Below the pieces are notes generated by a model. It made no database searches. It saw only the letters and a list, made by a program, of their open reading frames with translations, and had not been told where the DNA came from. The position numbers and the translations under genes were made by a program. Shown in pieces: positions 11,213 to 24,078 of a stretch of 64,000 nt of DNA. Position 1 is the first letter of the stretch. Each line of letters opens with the position of its first letter. This DNA is from Sphyrna mokarran (lineage: Eukaryota): NCBI GenBank assembly GCA_024679065.1, contig JAGIQG010000033.1, forward strand, positions 11,966,001 to 12,030,000, written 5' to 3'.

Positions 11213-14200
11213 AAGGGAGGGGAAACTTCCCAGTATCCTGTTCTGGTGATCCAGGAGATTGAACCTGAATAATCTCCAATAACATTTCACTTCCATTTGA
11301 CATTCCTAAGTTTTTGCTTCGTCCCAGATTTTGCCTCAGTTCTATGCACTTAAGCACACTGGGGTGGACAGGTGAGGCAAGAGACTGCAATCCATATGGA
11401 GCAAGTGGAAATTCCACCCAGGAGCATCATTGTGGAGAGTCTTAAATAGAACGATGGGATTGTCAAACTCCCAGCAGTTCAAACTGGATAGCAGTGTCAC
11501 AAATCCAAAGATGTATGGGTTAGGTTGATTGGCCATGCTAAATTGACACTAGCGTCAAGAAATCATCAGGGTAAAATATGTGGGGTTACGGGGATAGGGG
11601 CATGGTGGGATTACTGTTGATGCAGACTCAATGGGCTGAATGGCCTCCTTCTGCACTGTAGGGATTTGATAATTCTTTAGTTCTAAATTGATTCAAAAGG
11701 CAAGTGCTTAGGATGCTGTCACTTAAACTAATTAGAGCAATTTTCTTCCTCCAGCCTTTCTTTTTCTCTACAGGAGAATTTCATTCCTTTGGATATCTTG
11801 ATTGAATTTTAGTATGTAAAACTGTTCTGAATCCTTTAATTTTTCACTCCAGCTAGGGTTGTGTTTTACCTATCAGGCAAATGTCGGTGTACATATGTTA
11901 TGTGAACTTCAGGATGCAAGTTCCTTCTCCCTTCTGCCAGGGTCTGACATTTAACAAGCGCTCAACCCTTAATATAGCTCCCACTGCTCAAGTTTCCAAC
12001 ACCAGACGTCATGCATAAGCTGACAGGTTAACACCGAGTTACAGCCAACGTCACATTTAACTGGGAAGCATTATTGGAGCAATAATCCCGAGAGCTGATG
12101 CTCCCATTTAACTCGATCAGGACTGATCTGCCACATACCAACTGACTCAACAACAGTTTCTTCCCTGCCAGTATACTCAAGGTCTCCAAGGGCTCACAGT
12201 GACACAGTGGTTAGCACTGCTGCCTCACGGTGCCAGGGACCTGGGTTCGATTCCCAGCTTCAGTCAAGGACATTCTCCCCATGTCTGCATGGGTTTCCTC
12301 CCACAGTCCTAAGATGTGTAGGTTAGGTGGATTGGCCGTGCTAAGTTGCTAAGCTGAAATGTAACCTAATGACTTCAACGAAGCACAGTATGTCAAAACT
12401 ACATTTGATCTTAGCCAAAAGATACAAAGGTCTGAGGTTACGTACCAACCAATTCAAGAACAGCTTCTTCCCTACTGCTATCAGACTTCTGAATAGACCT
12501 ACCTTACATTAAGCTGACCTTTTTCTACACCCCGGCTATGACTGTAACACTACATTCTGCACCTTCTCCTTTCCTTCTCTATGAATGGCATGCTCTGTAA
12601 AGCGCAAAAAAAATACTTTTCACTATATACCAATTTATGTGACAATAATGAATTAAATCAAACCAAATCTACCCTCATGAGTTTGGCAATCCTTCATATC
12701 CTGCCTAACAAATATCTATCCATCTCAGGTGTGAAATGTGCAATTCCTCTCATATCCTCAAAGAGCTTTTGAGGAATGTTTCAGATTCCTATAGAGCTAT
12801 AGAAGCTCTTTAGTGCAGGAGGCCATTTGGCCCATCAAATATGCAGCGACTCTTCAAAATCCTTTCCCTGCCCCCTCTCCCTACTCCTGCCACCTCCATG
12901 TCACCATAGCCCCACACATTTACTCTGGCCAATCCACTTAACCTACACATCTTGGGACACTAAGGGGCAATTTAGCATGGCCAATATACCTGACACATAC
13001 ATCTTTCAGAGTTGGAGGAAACTGGAGCACCAGAGGAAACCCATGCAGACACAGGGAGAACGTGCAGCCTCCACACAGACAGTGACCCCGAGGCTAGAAC
13101 CGAACTGGGTGCCTGGCACTGCCTGGCAGCAGTGCTAACTACTGTGCCACCATGCCGCCCTCTATGTGAAGAGATGCTTTGTAGCCTCGTCCTTGAATGG
13201 TCTGGCTCTACTTTCAAGGTGATGCACCCTGTCTGCACCAGAGGAAATGGTTTCTCTCCAAGACAGGTTTGACAATGGGTAGCACATTGCTGCCTCACAG
13301 CTCAAAGGACCCAGGTTTGATTCTCCACACTATCTGTGTGGAGTTTGCACATTCTCCCAGTGTCTGCATGGGTTTCCTTCCATCGTCAATAGATGTGCGG
13401 GTTACATGAATTGGCCGTGCTAAATTGCCTGTTAGTATCCCAAGATTTGTAGGTTAGAGTGATGAGTGGGGTAAACGTGTGGGGTTAATCCTTGTGATGG
13501 ATTTATCAGTGTAATCTTGATGGGCCGAATGACCTCCTTCTGCACTGTAGGAATTCCATGACTGGAGTTGGTCTACTGAGGTTGTGGGGAGGTGGGGTAG
13601 GATGGTGTGGAGATGATGGGGGAGCAGTAGAAAGTTCCTCTAAATGTGATAAATCATTTTTACAAGATTGCAGAATTGTTACATAACAGAAGGAGGCCAC
13701 TCGGCCCATTGTTTCTATGCTGCCTCGCCAAATGAGCAACTCATCTAATGCCATTCTCCCCACCGTATTCCCATATCCTTCCTTTTCACATCATTTCAAT
13801 TCGCTCTTGGGGCATGAACTTTGATGGCCAGCCTACCACTTATTGCCCATCCCTCATTACCCTTGAGAAGGTGCTGGTGAGCTGCCTTCTTGAACCGCTG
13901 TAAATCCCTGAGGTGTAGGAACGCTCTCAATGCTGTTGGGGAGGAAGTTTCAGGATTCTGATCAGTTTAAGGAGAGGGCAACATTTTCTTCGTGCTTGCA
14001 AAGGAATTGACCAAATCCTGCAATCCTTACAATCCCAATAACCCTGAGAGATCAAAGGGAATAGTCTTCCATTCTGAGCAGAAGAGGGTATTTTAGCCCA
14101 CACTTCTCTGAGCACAGAAGGAGCCATTGTACCTCCGCCCATTTCCTGAATGTTACACAGAGAATCCGCAGAATCATAGACTTCCTACAGTGCAGTAGGA

Positions 14201-14277
14201 AGCCATTAAGCCCATCAAGTCTGCACCAACTCTCCAACAGAGCTTCTTACCCAGGCCTTATCCCTGCAACCCCTAGA

Positions 14278-14575
14278 GCAACGCAGTGGCACAATGTTAG
14301 CATGACTACCTCACAGGGCCAAGAACCCCGGTTCAATTCATGAGTTGGGTCATTGTCTGCATGTTCGCCCTGTGTCTGCGTGGGTTTTCTCCAGGTGCTC
14401 CCGTTTCCTCCCACCGTCCGAGAGTGGTGCTGGTTAAATGGATTGGCCATGCTAAATTCTCTCTGTGTAACCCGAACAGGCGTTGGAGTGTGGCAACTAT
14501 GGGATTTTCACAGTAAGTTCATTGCAGTGTTAATGTAAACGTTCTTAGGACCCTAATAAATAAACTTAAACTTTA
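14278..14575 (+). mobile_element. V-SINE, tail type B
   Basis: Head, V-domain and aataaataaacttaaacttt end. Confidence 0.82.
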
Positions 14576-14599
14576 AAAAAAAACATGTATCTACCCCAT

Positions 14600-14963
14600 T
14601 AATCCCTCTAACCTGCACATCTTTGGACACTACGGTGCAATTAAATGTGTCCAGTCCACTTAACTGATACATCTTTGGACACTAAGTACAATTTAGCATT
14701 GTCAATCTATCTAACCTACAAATCTTTGGACATTGAGGGGCAATTTAGCATGGCCAATCCACCTAACCTGCACATCTTTGGACACTAAGGAACAATTTAG
14801 CATGGCCAATCCACCCAATTTGCTTTGGACTGTGAGAAGAAATGGAGCACCCGGATGAAACCCATGCAGACACGGGGAGAACGTGCAGACTCCATACAGA
14901 CAGTCACCCAAGACCGGAATTGAACCCGGATCCCTGATGCGGTGAGGCAGTAGTGCCAACCAC
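14600..14963 (-). mobile_element. V-SINE with about five 52-bp units
   Basis: acatctttggacact recurs with ~52-bp period. Confidence 0.82.
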
Positions 14964-16474
14964 TTGTGCTTTTTTTTTCCTTCCCTTTATACCGTACACA
15001 GAAACATAGAAAATAGGTGCAAGAGTAGGCCTTTTGGCCCTTACTGCCCTTAGGAAAACAGAAACGGAGTCTGGCCTGTGATACTTCCCATCTCTGGAGC
15101 ATAAATTATCTGAAACTAAAATAGGATGTCATTTTGTCCCGTTTCTTGTGCCAAGAAAATAAATATCTTCACACTAAACTCGCAGAAGTATCTCTTTAGG
15201 AACTTGTACTTTGAAGATTACACAGTGATGGCTGTATCCTCAAGTGTTCGCTGTCAAAGTCAGTTTTGAAGTGTTAAGTGCCAGTGCACCAGGCAAAACA
15301 TTACACACTGCACGCATGATTCTCATAAAGATGATTCTCTACCAACACACCGGAAGGGCTCCTTTAGGTGACGTGTCATTAACTGTCACCATGCTGGAAT
15401 AAGCCAATTTATCACTCAAATTGCCTTCTCCAAAATTAGCAGCGCATCTCGTATCTAGAACCTGTTCAAAATTTATGACGGAGACATTGGGAAGATTAAT
15501 GAACAGCTTAAACAGCCAGCAGCACAGTCTGCAAGGGCAAACAAAAGCATTGATAAGACTCCCTGCTTCAGGGGTGCTACAGAAGCACCTGTTGAGACCA
15601 CAACTTCCTCGCAAGGGAATAAAGATGACTGTAAATATATTCGATTGGGTAACGCAGTCCCTCACAGCACCAGGGACCCAGGTTCAATTCCTGGCTTGGG
15701 TCGCTGTCTGTGCAGAGTTTGCACTTTCCCCCCATGTCTGCGTGGGTTTCCTCCAGATGCTCCAGTTTCTTCCCACAGTCCAAAGATGCGCGGGTTAGGT
15801 GGACTGGCCATGATAAATTGGCGCTTTGTGTCAGGAGCACTAGGAAGGTGGAGTTGTGGGGATAGGGCGGGAGTGCAGACTTGATGGGCTGAATGGCTTC
15901 CTTCCGCACTGTCAGGATTTTATGCTTCACAACAGAGCTGGATAATTCCACTGTGTCAAGCGTGACAATCGCTTATTTTAGTTGTCCTGGAATAAGCTCG
16001 ATCATTCATCATTAGATTATAGCAGAAGGGCCCAGACTGACTAAGACCTGCTTGTGTCCGACAGATAAATGCTCAGATTCACCCTGTCCCCAGACTATTC
16101 ATCACTGAGCTTTGAAGGCGCTATTGAAAAAATAAAATGGCCATGATTTTACAGCCTCGCCAAGGGAGATCTGAAATTTTCGCCAAAGGTCAACACACAT
16201 TCCCACTGCCCACCCCTTGTCCGCTCTGATTCCATGGCAGCCGGGGCAGTAGAATTCCAGCAAATGAGTAAGAAAGCAAAAAGCAAAATTCAGAAACACA
16301 ACATTCAGATAATTGTCCACATTGGTGAAGCTGGGATCGAACCCGGGTCCCTGGCGCTGTGAAGCAGCAGCGCTAACCACCATGCCACCGTGCGTCACGT
16401 CACAATGGATGGAAGTCACATACTTCACATCAATGAAAGAATTTACAGGGAAAACCTCTTTTTTTTCCCCCCTC

Positions 16475-16835
16475 TTTATTCATTTGTGAGACATGGCCAA
16501 CATTTATTGCCCATCCCTAACTGCCCTTGAACTGAATGAGTTGCTAAGCTTCTCTCGAGTGCAGGAGACTCAACCACATTGCTGTGGCTCCGGAGCCATG
16601 TATAGGCCAGACTGGATAAGGGTAGCAGATTTCCTTCCCTAAAGCATATTCGTGAATCAGATGGGATTTTCTGACAATTAACGATGTTATCAGTAGATTC
16701 TAAACTCTTGGTTTTTTTTAATTATTAGATTCAAATTCCACCACCTGCCTTGGTGGGATTCGAACCCGGGTCCCCAGAATATTAGCTGAATTTCTGTATT
16801 AATAGTCTAGCCATAATACCAAGAGGCCGTCACAT
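16475..16835 (-). mobile_element. Second tRNA-derived SINE family (non-V-domain)
   Basis: Head with B box ggttcgaatccc, body catctg(g/a)ttcac, tail gggcagttagggatgggcaataaatg. Other copies at 20895-21060 (+), 26200-26780 (two, -), 52665-53175 (+) and 62093-62405 (+). Confidence 0.75.
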
Positions 16836-17759
16836 CTCCTTTTAGGTGTATAGATACACAATTGCTTCCTTCTACATGCAAGTTTTATGGATCTTAAGCG
16901 TACTAATGGTAGTAAATGCGTTATCTGACTGTGTTCGATCAAGTAGATTTACAAGAGAACTTTATACTGTACATAACTCGGAAATAATACTGAATTATAT
17001 TGTTTCATCATCTCCAGTTCTCTGCCAAAGGTATATCTGACCCTCAACACCATGAACTTCACCGTGGGCAGGACAAGGAGGAAATTCCCAAATCCACTCC
17101 AGAAACAGGGATCCAACCTCTCGCTGTTGGTAGTCATTTGATCCCCATCAAGCTGCCTCGAGAGGTCCCCGCTGCTGCATTTTTACATGCATGTTGTATC
17201 CTGGAATGATGGATGGTGATGGGGTAAAATCTCCCATTTGCTTTCCATCATGTGGCTATAGAAATTAGAAACAGGAGAAGACTATTCAGCCCTTCAAGCA
17301 CTTTCATTGTGATTATGGCAGATCATCAAATATCCTGATTCTGCCTTCTCCCCAGATCACTTCATGCCTTTAGCCCGAAGAGTGATCTCGAATCTCTCCC
17401 ACCCTTAGCCATTGAGGTATGTTGGAAGTATTTATCCCGGATCACTCTCTCCTACCTTCTTCCATCAGAAAAAGATACAAAAGTCTGAGGTCACGTACTA
17501 ACCAACTCAAGAACAGCTTCTTCCCTGCTGCCATCAGACTTTTGAATGGACCTACCACGTATTAAGTTAATCTTTCGAGCTGAGATTGTAACATATTTTC
17601 CACGCTCTCCTTCCCTTCTCCCATGTGTACTCAATGAAGAGTGTGTTTTGTTTGTGTAGCAAGAAGTGGCGCAGTGTTGGTATTCACAAGAATACCAAAT
17701 GTAAAGGGAACAACAATTTATACCACATGAGAAGCATGGTCCATTTTGTATTCGTGAAA

Positions 17760-17795
17760 TTGTCCTGATGAGTACAAAACAAAAAGCTTTGACAA
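17760..17795 (+). ncRNA. Decayed minimal type I hammerhead ribozyme motif (same family as 6246-6281)
   Basis: TTGTC CTGATGA GT acaaa AC AAAA AGCT TT GACAA: perfect stem I and palindromic stem III. The two departures from consensus are CpG-type transitions. Confidence 0.6.
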
Positions 17796-18666
17796 CTTGT
17801 GTCTTTTTTCAGCAGCGTTCCTTTTGTACTACGCAATGATTTATGCTATTAATTCATTTATCTTTATGAGTGAACCACATGTCTTCTTATCATTTTTACC
17901 CAATGCTAGCATAATTGCAGATGCATTCTTATGTTTGTGAGAATGTCCCTTCTTGTCACACTCTCATTATCATTACTTGTGATAGCACCCTGCAACATTG
18001 CCCTGTCCTTTCTCTTTAACTTTCTGAAGTTCCCCTCACTTGATTCCTATCTCACTCCCTAGCCTTTTAGCGTAGGATTAGGAGCTGTACAGAGGATTTT
18101 ATGATTCACTGATCCTCAGGCAGCACAGTGATTAGCACTGCTGCTTCACGGTGCCTGAGATCTGAGTTCGATTCCGTCCTCGTGGAGTTTGCATGTTCTC
18201 CCCGTGTCTGCGTGGGTTTCCTCTAGGCGCTCACAATATTCCAAATGGGCTCTGACCAGAGAACGCCATTGCTCTCCAGTCTTGGGCCCCGGAGAATCTT
18301 TGAGGAGTTGGGGAGGTGAGACGATGCTGCAGATTGCACAACCTCTGACCTGTGCTCAGGGCAAGGACAACAATGCAGCTGGTCCACGGACGCTTGCGAC
18401 AAGGTAGTGAGCTGCTCACAGTCCCTGAATCAGGAAGTCCTAATTTTCCCGTTGCTCCCGAACGTCCTTTGTCCTTAGCTTCACAGCAGCAGAGCAGAAG
18501 ATTGTGAGGAGGTGGCGAAGGGAATCGTCAAATGAATCAGCACCACGTTTAACACCCAGGCTGTTTGCAGCTCCTACGTATGTGAACTGTTGAGTAAGAT
18601 CTCATACGCGGCACTCTCTTTACCATTCATAGCTGAAAAGAGTAGAACGGAACAATGACTGCACCC

Positions 18667-18952
18667 GGGTGGCACAGTGGTTAGCACTGCTGCCTCATGG
18701 TGCCAGGGACCCAGGTTTGATTTCCGGCTTGGGTCGCTGTCTGTGTGGAGTTTGCACATTCTCCCTGTGCCTGCCTGGGTTTCCTCCCAATTTCCTCTCA
18801 CGCTCCGAAAGACTCTCCGTTAGGTGCATTGGCCGTGCTAAATTCTCCCTCCGAACAAGCGGCAGAGTGTGGGTGACTAAGGGACTTTTGCAATAACTTC
18901 ATTGCAGTGTTAATGTCATCCAACTTGTGACACTAACAAATAAGCTTAAAAC
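18667..18952 (+). mobile_element. V-SINE, tail type B
   Basis: Intact head and V-domain followed by B tail. Confidence 0.85.
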
Positions 18953-19800
18953 TGGACAAATAATCCAGAGGCCCGTGTTAATGATCTGGGGACTAGGGTT
19001 CAAATCCCACCACAGCCAATGGTGAATTCAAATTCATTTGTTTAAGTCTGTGTGGAATGTTGTGGGTTCTTTAAATAACATTCCAAGGTAGTTTATTCCT
19101 GATCTAAACAGCTATATACAACGTTTGTGCTCTGATTGAGAAACTGGGGATAAATTTTGTGTTTCCGCTGTACGATCTCTTAGCTTAGAAGCACAGCATA
19201 CCTGTAGTGCAGAGGGAGGCCATTCAGCCCATTGAGCCTGCACCAACAACAATCCCACGCCCGTAACCTCACATATTTTCCCTGCTAGTCCCTCTGACAC
19301 TCAGGGTCAATTTAACATAGCCAATCCACCTAACCTATACATCTTAGGGCTGCAGGAGGAAAGTGGAGCAAACCCACATGGGGAGAACGTACAAGACAGT
19401 GACTCAAGCCGGGATTCGAACCTGGATCCCTGCATTGTGAGGCAGCAGTGCTAATAATTGTTCCTCAACTAGAGTTACAAAATGAGTGGAGCATCTGGTT
19501 ATCACGTTGCAGTTTGTGGGGACCATAGAAACTAGCTACCTCGTTCGACTGCATAAGAACAGTGATGAGGTGTCACCTGTGAAACATTGGGACAACCTGA
19601 GGTTGGACAAGGCGCTGCATCAATGTGCATTCCTCCTTTGACTCAGCGATGACCTGGCAGCTTGTTAGCCGGCATTTCGACGCTGTCCCGTACGAAGAAA
19701 GGCTGTGAGGTAACCTTCTGTGAAGTCAAGCAGTATGAACAGCACATTGGGCGTCACGCTGGTCATCTCACCTGTCAGTGACGCACCTGGCTTTCCTCTG

Positions 19801-19822
19801 TCTCTCTCTCTCTCTCTCTCTC
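19801..19822 (+). repeat. (TC)11 microsatellite
   Basis: Read directly from the sequence. Confidence 0.95.
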
Positions 19823-20039
19823 TGGAGGCCTCCAAAGGAAAGGCCACAGCATCCATTTTGTCAGCGAGACTGCCTTTGGGGGGTTTATTACAACTGCAAC
19901 AGGCACTCATGAGCAGGAATAGTGGAGGGGAGGTGGAGGGAGATATACAAAACGAGCGTGAATTCGCAGAAGTGCGGTTGACGGGCAAAAAGTTGAATGA
20001 AAAGTTTGTCCTCTGGGCAGACGAGCCAGCCAAGATTCA

Positions 20040-20423
20040 AATCATAGAATGCCTGCAGTGTGGAAGAGACCATTCAGCCCATCAACTTCGTACCAACTCT
20101 CTAACAGAGTCTCTTAACAAAGTCCTATGCCCGTAACTTCCCATATTTGCTATGGCTAATCCCTCTATGCTGCACATCATTGGACACTAAGAGGAAATTT
20201 AGCATGGCCAATCCACCTAACCTGCACATCTTTGGACACTAAGGGACAATTTACCATGGCCAATTCACCTAACCTGCACATCTTTGGACACTAAGGGGCA
20301 ATTTACCATGGCCAATCACCTAACCTGCACATCTTTGGTGTATGGGAGGAAACCGGAGCACCCAGAGGAAACTGCTACAGACACGGGGAGAATGTGAAAA
20401 TTCCACCTGAACAGTGACCCAAG
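20040..20423 (-). mobile_element. V-SINE (tail A) with four 52-bp units
   Basis: Periodic cacctaacctgcacatctttggacactaagggg. Confidence 0.82.
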
Positions 20424-21959
20424 GTCTGGGCATAGAGCGGTAGAGAGGATCTGGCTAAGATACTCTGTCAGGGAGTCTGTTCAGACTCGATGGAGCAAAT
20501 GGCCTCTTCTGTACTGTTGGAATTTAATAACTAGTCTTATAGTCTTTTACATACTCTATAACGTATTGAAAAAGCAAGAGTGAAAATGTATGTGTTCTCT
20601 CAACCCAAAATGTATGTGTTTATTCAGATTAAAACTTAACACGCTTTGTTCCATAATCCATGGCAGGGTGTTTGAACAGTCCCTGTGAATTAGGGACGTG
20701 CGTAAGTTTGTGTAAAAGAGAAATGGCATGTCTTTTAAACGCAGGAAATGGTACAACTCTTCAAAGTCTCTGCGTTCTGCCTCTTGAGGATTGCTCCACC
20801 ATTGGCGGCCACACCTTCAGCTTCTTAGACCTGCAATTCCATCCCTAAACCCCTCGCCTTCTCCCTCCTTTTTTTAAGATATTCAACGGGGAAATCGATG
20901 GTCAAGTGGTCTTATCAGTGATCTGGAAACTCAGCTAATGTTCTAAGGAACTGGGGTCGAATCCCGCCACGGCAGACAGTGGAATTTGAATTCAATAAAA
21001 GTATCTAAGAATCTGACGATGAAACGATTTGTCAGAAAAACACATCTGGTTCACTAGTGACTCGATGGGCTGAATGGCCTCCTCCTGCACTGTCCGGATT
21101 CTATGAACAGGAGCAGACATTTTACACGGAAATCTCATTTGTCGAAGTCATAAATAGAGAATGATCCTTGGGATATATTTTAGTCAGAATGCATGCATTC
21201 ATTCATTGGAATTTAATCCAAGCAAATCCTGTACAAGTTCAAGTACAAGAATTGAACCCAAGTCCCTGGCGCTGTAAGGCAGCCACGCAAACTACCGTGT
21301 TGCCCAAATAGTTCCAGACATTTGCAGATCTGTAATTGCCCAATACGTACATCCAAACGACAAGCATTAGCTCAAAATAAAATCAGTGCTTGCAAATGGG
21401 AACAACTTTGGTTCTTTCTGGTAACGTGGGAGGAAGGCTCCTTTGGCTGTTCGAGGTTTGCTCCATTAGGATGGTGCATGAAACAATCTCCTTTGTGTTG
21501 AACGCTTCAATTCAAAATCATGACTGCCTAAGGGTTTCTTCCCACTGAGTCTGCAATGTCACTAACACAGAGCAACTAGTGGCAAACTCCTGCAGCACTG
21601 TAAAAATAGATTCCTGAACATTTGCACAGCAGTAGGCTGGCAGTCTGCAGGGAAATACCTCACTCAGAGTCACTCAAGACGCGTGACGACAAATTGTAAT
21701 TATTCCCAGCTTACGCAACGCTCCGATTTCCGGCTCTGCCCACAGTTCTGATTGATAGTCTCAATAATAACCTGAGATTAATGCTCAATTAATTAATCAA
21801 TACTCACTTAACCTGCACATCTTTGGATTGTAGGAGAAAACTCACGCAGACATGGGGAGAATATACAAAATCCACACAGAGTGACCCAAGCTGCGAATCG
21901 AACCCAAGTCCCTGTCACCTTGAGATATCAATTGATATTCTCTCACCTTACAGTATAAA

Positions 21960-22071
21960 TACGTCCCTCTTTCTATGCCTTTTAGCTTTGACAAAGGGTT
22001 ATCTGGACTCAAAATGTCAGCTCTTTTGTCTCCTTACAGATGCTCCAGACTTGCTCAGATTTTACAGCACT
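21960..22071 (+). mobile_element. Penelope-like remnant with a hammerhead-like motif (21984-22022); continues at 26147-26190 after the CR1 insertion
   Basis: AGCT TTGACAA A GGGTT atctg GACTC AAAA TG TC AGCT, followed by cagatgct..gac(t/c)tgct(c/g)agattt. Second copy at 58294-58388. Confidence 0.55.
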
Positions 22072-22572
22072 TTGATTGGGGACTCCATAGTTAAGGGGAC
22101 AGATAGGAGAGTCAATAGTAATGAACGGGACTCAGAGCTGGTGTGCTGCCTCCCAGGGGTCGGGGTCCGGGACGTCTCAGATCGGGTGTTCAAGATCCTT
22201 AAGGGAGAGGGGAGTCAGCCCCAAGTCATAATTCATGTAGGGACACATGACATAGGAAGGATAAGGGAAGGGGATATAAAACAGAAATTTATGGAGTTGG
22301 GGTGGAAACTTAGGGCCAGAACAAACAGAGTGGTTATCTCTGGACTCTTGCCTGTGCCATGGGATAGCTTAGAGAAGAACAGAGAGAGGGAATGTTTGAA
22401 CTCGTGGCTAAGGGGATGGTGCAGGAGGGAGGGGTTCAGGTTCTTGAACAATTGGGGCTCATTCTGGGGTAGGTGGGACTTCTACAAGAGAGATGGTCTA
22501 CACCTGAACCAGAGGGGAACCAATATCTTGGGGGGAAAATTTGCAAAGGCTATGCAGGGGGGTTTAAACTGA
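22072..22572 (+). pseudogene. CR1 ORF1 SGNH/GDSL esterase domain (5'-truncated)
   Basis: IGDSIVKGTDRR...CCLPG...HVGTHDIG...VVISGLLPVP...FYKRDGLHLN. The upstream part of listed ORF 21823-22572 is unrelated repeat sequence. Confidence 0.85.
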
Positions 22573-22650
22573 TTCAGAGCGGGGGGTGGATCCTGAGCAG
22601 CTCGGATGTTAAGAGGGATGAGAATAGGGGGGGTCATTGATGAGGACTCT

Positions 22651-23272
22651 TAGAACATAGAACATAGAACAATACAGCACAGAACAGGCCCTTCGGCCTT
22701 CGATGTTGTGCCGACCAAAATAAAAAGCAATGCCCCTCCAAACGAAACCATTCCCTTCTCTTCCATATACTTATCAATTAACCTCTTAACCGCCACCAAA
22801 CTTGGTGCATCTACAACAGCTGCAGGCAGGGCATTCCACTCCCTAATCACTCTTTGAGTAAAGAACCTACCTCTGATATCCGTCCTATAACTCATACCCT
22901 TAATTTAAAGCTGTATCCCCTCGTGCTAGCTTTCTCCATCCTAGGAAAAAGGCTATCACTGTCCACCCTATCTAAACCTCTAATCATCTTATATGCTTCA
23001 ATAAGATCCCCTCTTAGCCGCCTCCTTTCTAACGAAAACAACTCAAATCCTTCAACCTCTCTTCATAGGACCTGCCCTCCATACCAGGCAACATCATGGT
23101 AAACCTCCTCTGTACCCTCTCCAATGCCTCCACATCTTTCTTATAATGTGGCGACCAGAACTGCACACAATACTCCAAGTGCGGCCGCACTAGAGTTTTG
23201 TACAGCTGCAACATGATGCCGCGGCTCCTAAATTCAATCCCCCTACCAATAAAAGCTAAGACTCCATATGCC
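22651..23272 (-). mobile_element. 5'-truncated CR1 3' end nested antisense inside the larger CR1
   Basis: LYKTLVRPHLEYCVQFWSP...FFTQRVIREWN plus (TTCTATG)n tail; near-identical to 29338-29958. Confidence 0.92.
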
Positions 23273-24078
23273 AGCTAAACCACAGCAGCGTACGGGTGGA
23301 GTAGAGCATGGTTTGAAACGTGTATACTTTAATGCAAGGCATACTCGCAATAAGGTGGATGAACTTGCAGCTTGGATTAGTACCTGGAACTTTGATGTTG
23401 TGGCCATTTCAGAGACATGGATAGAACAGGGACAGGAATGGTTGTTGCAGGTTCCGGGGTTCAAATATTTCAGTCAGAGTAGAGAAGGAGGTAGAGGGGG
23501 GGAGGAGTGGCATTATTAGTCAAAGACTGTATCACAGTGACAGAAAGGAAGTTTGATGAGGACTTATCTGTTGAGGTAGTATGGGCTGAGATTAGAAACA
23601 GGAGAGGTCACCCTGTTGGGAGTCTTTTATAGACCTCCTAAAAGTTCTAGAGAGGTAGAGGAAAGGATTGCAAAGTCGATCCTGGACAGGAGTGAAAGTA
23701 ATAGGGAATTGTTATGGGGGACTTTAACTTTACTAATATTGATTGGAATAGCTATAGCTCTAGCTCGTTAGAGGGGTCAGTTTTTATACAAAGTGTGCAG
23801 GAAGGTTTTTTGACTCAGTATGTAGATAGGCCAACTAGAGGTGAGGCTACATTGGATTTGGTGCTGGGCAATGAGCCAGACCAGGTGTTAGACTTCGAAG
23901 TAGGTGAGCATTTTGGTGATAGTGACCACAATTCGGTTACATTCACCTTAGTGATGGATAGGGATAGGCATGATCCTGGGGGCAGTAGTTATAGCTGGGG
24001 GCAATGGTAATTAAGAGGCTATTAGGAGAGAATTAGGGTGGGTTGGACTAGGAAACTACAGGGGCTGGATCATCTGAA

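Noticed and set aside
19665-20136. Overlapping 122-aa and 138-aa ORFs
   Set aside because: They span a microsatellite and a SINE tail and show no recognisable domain.
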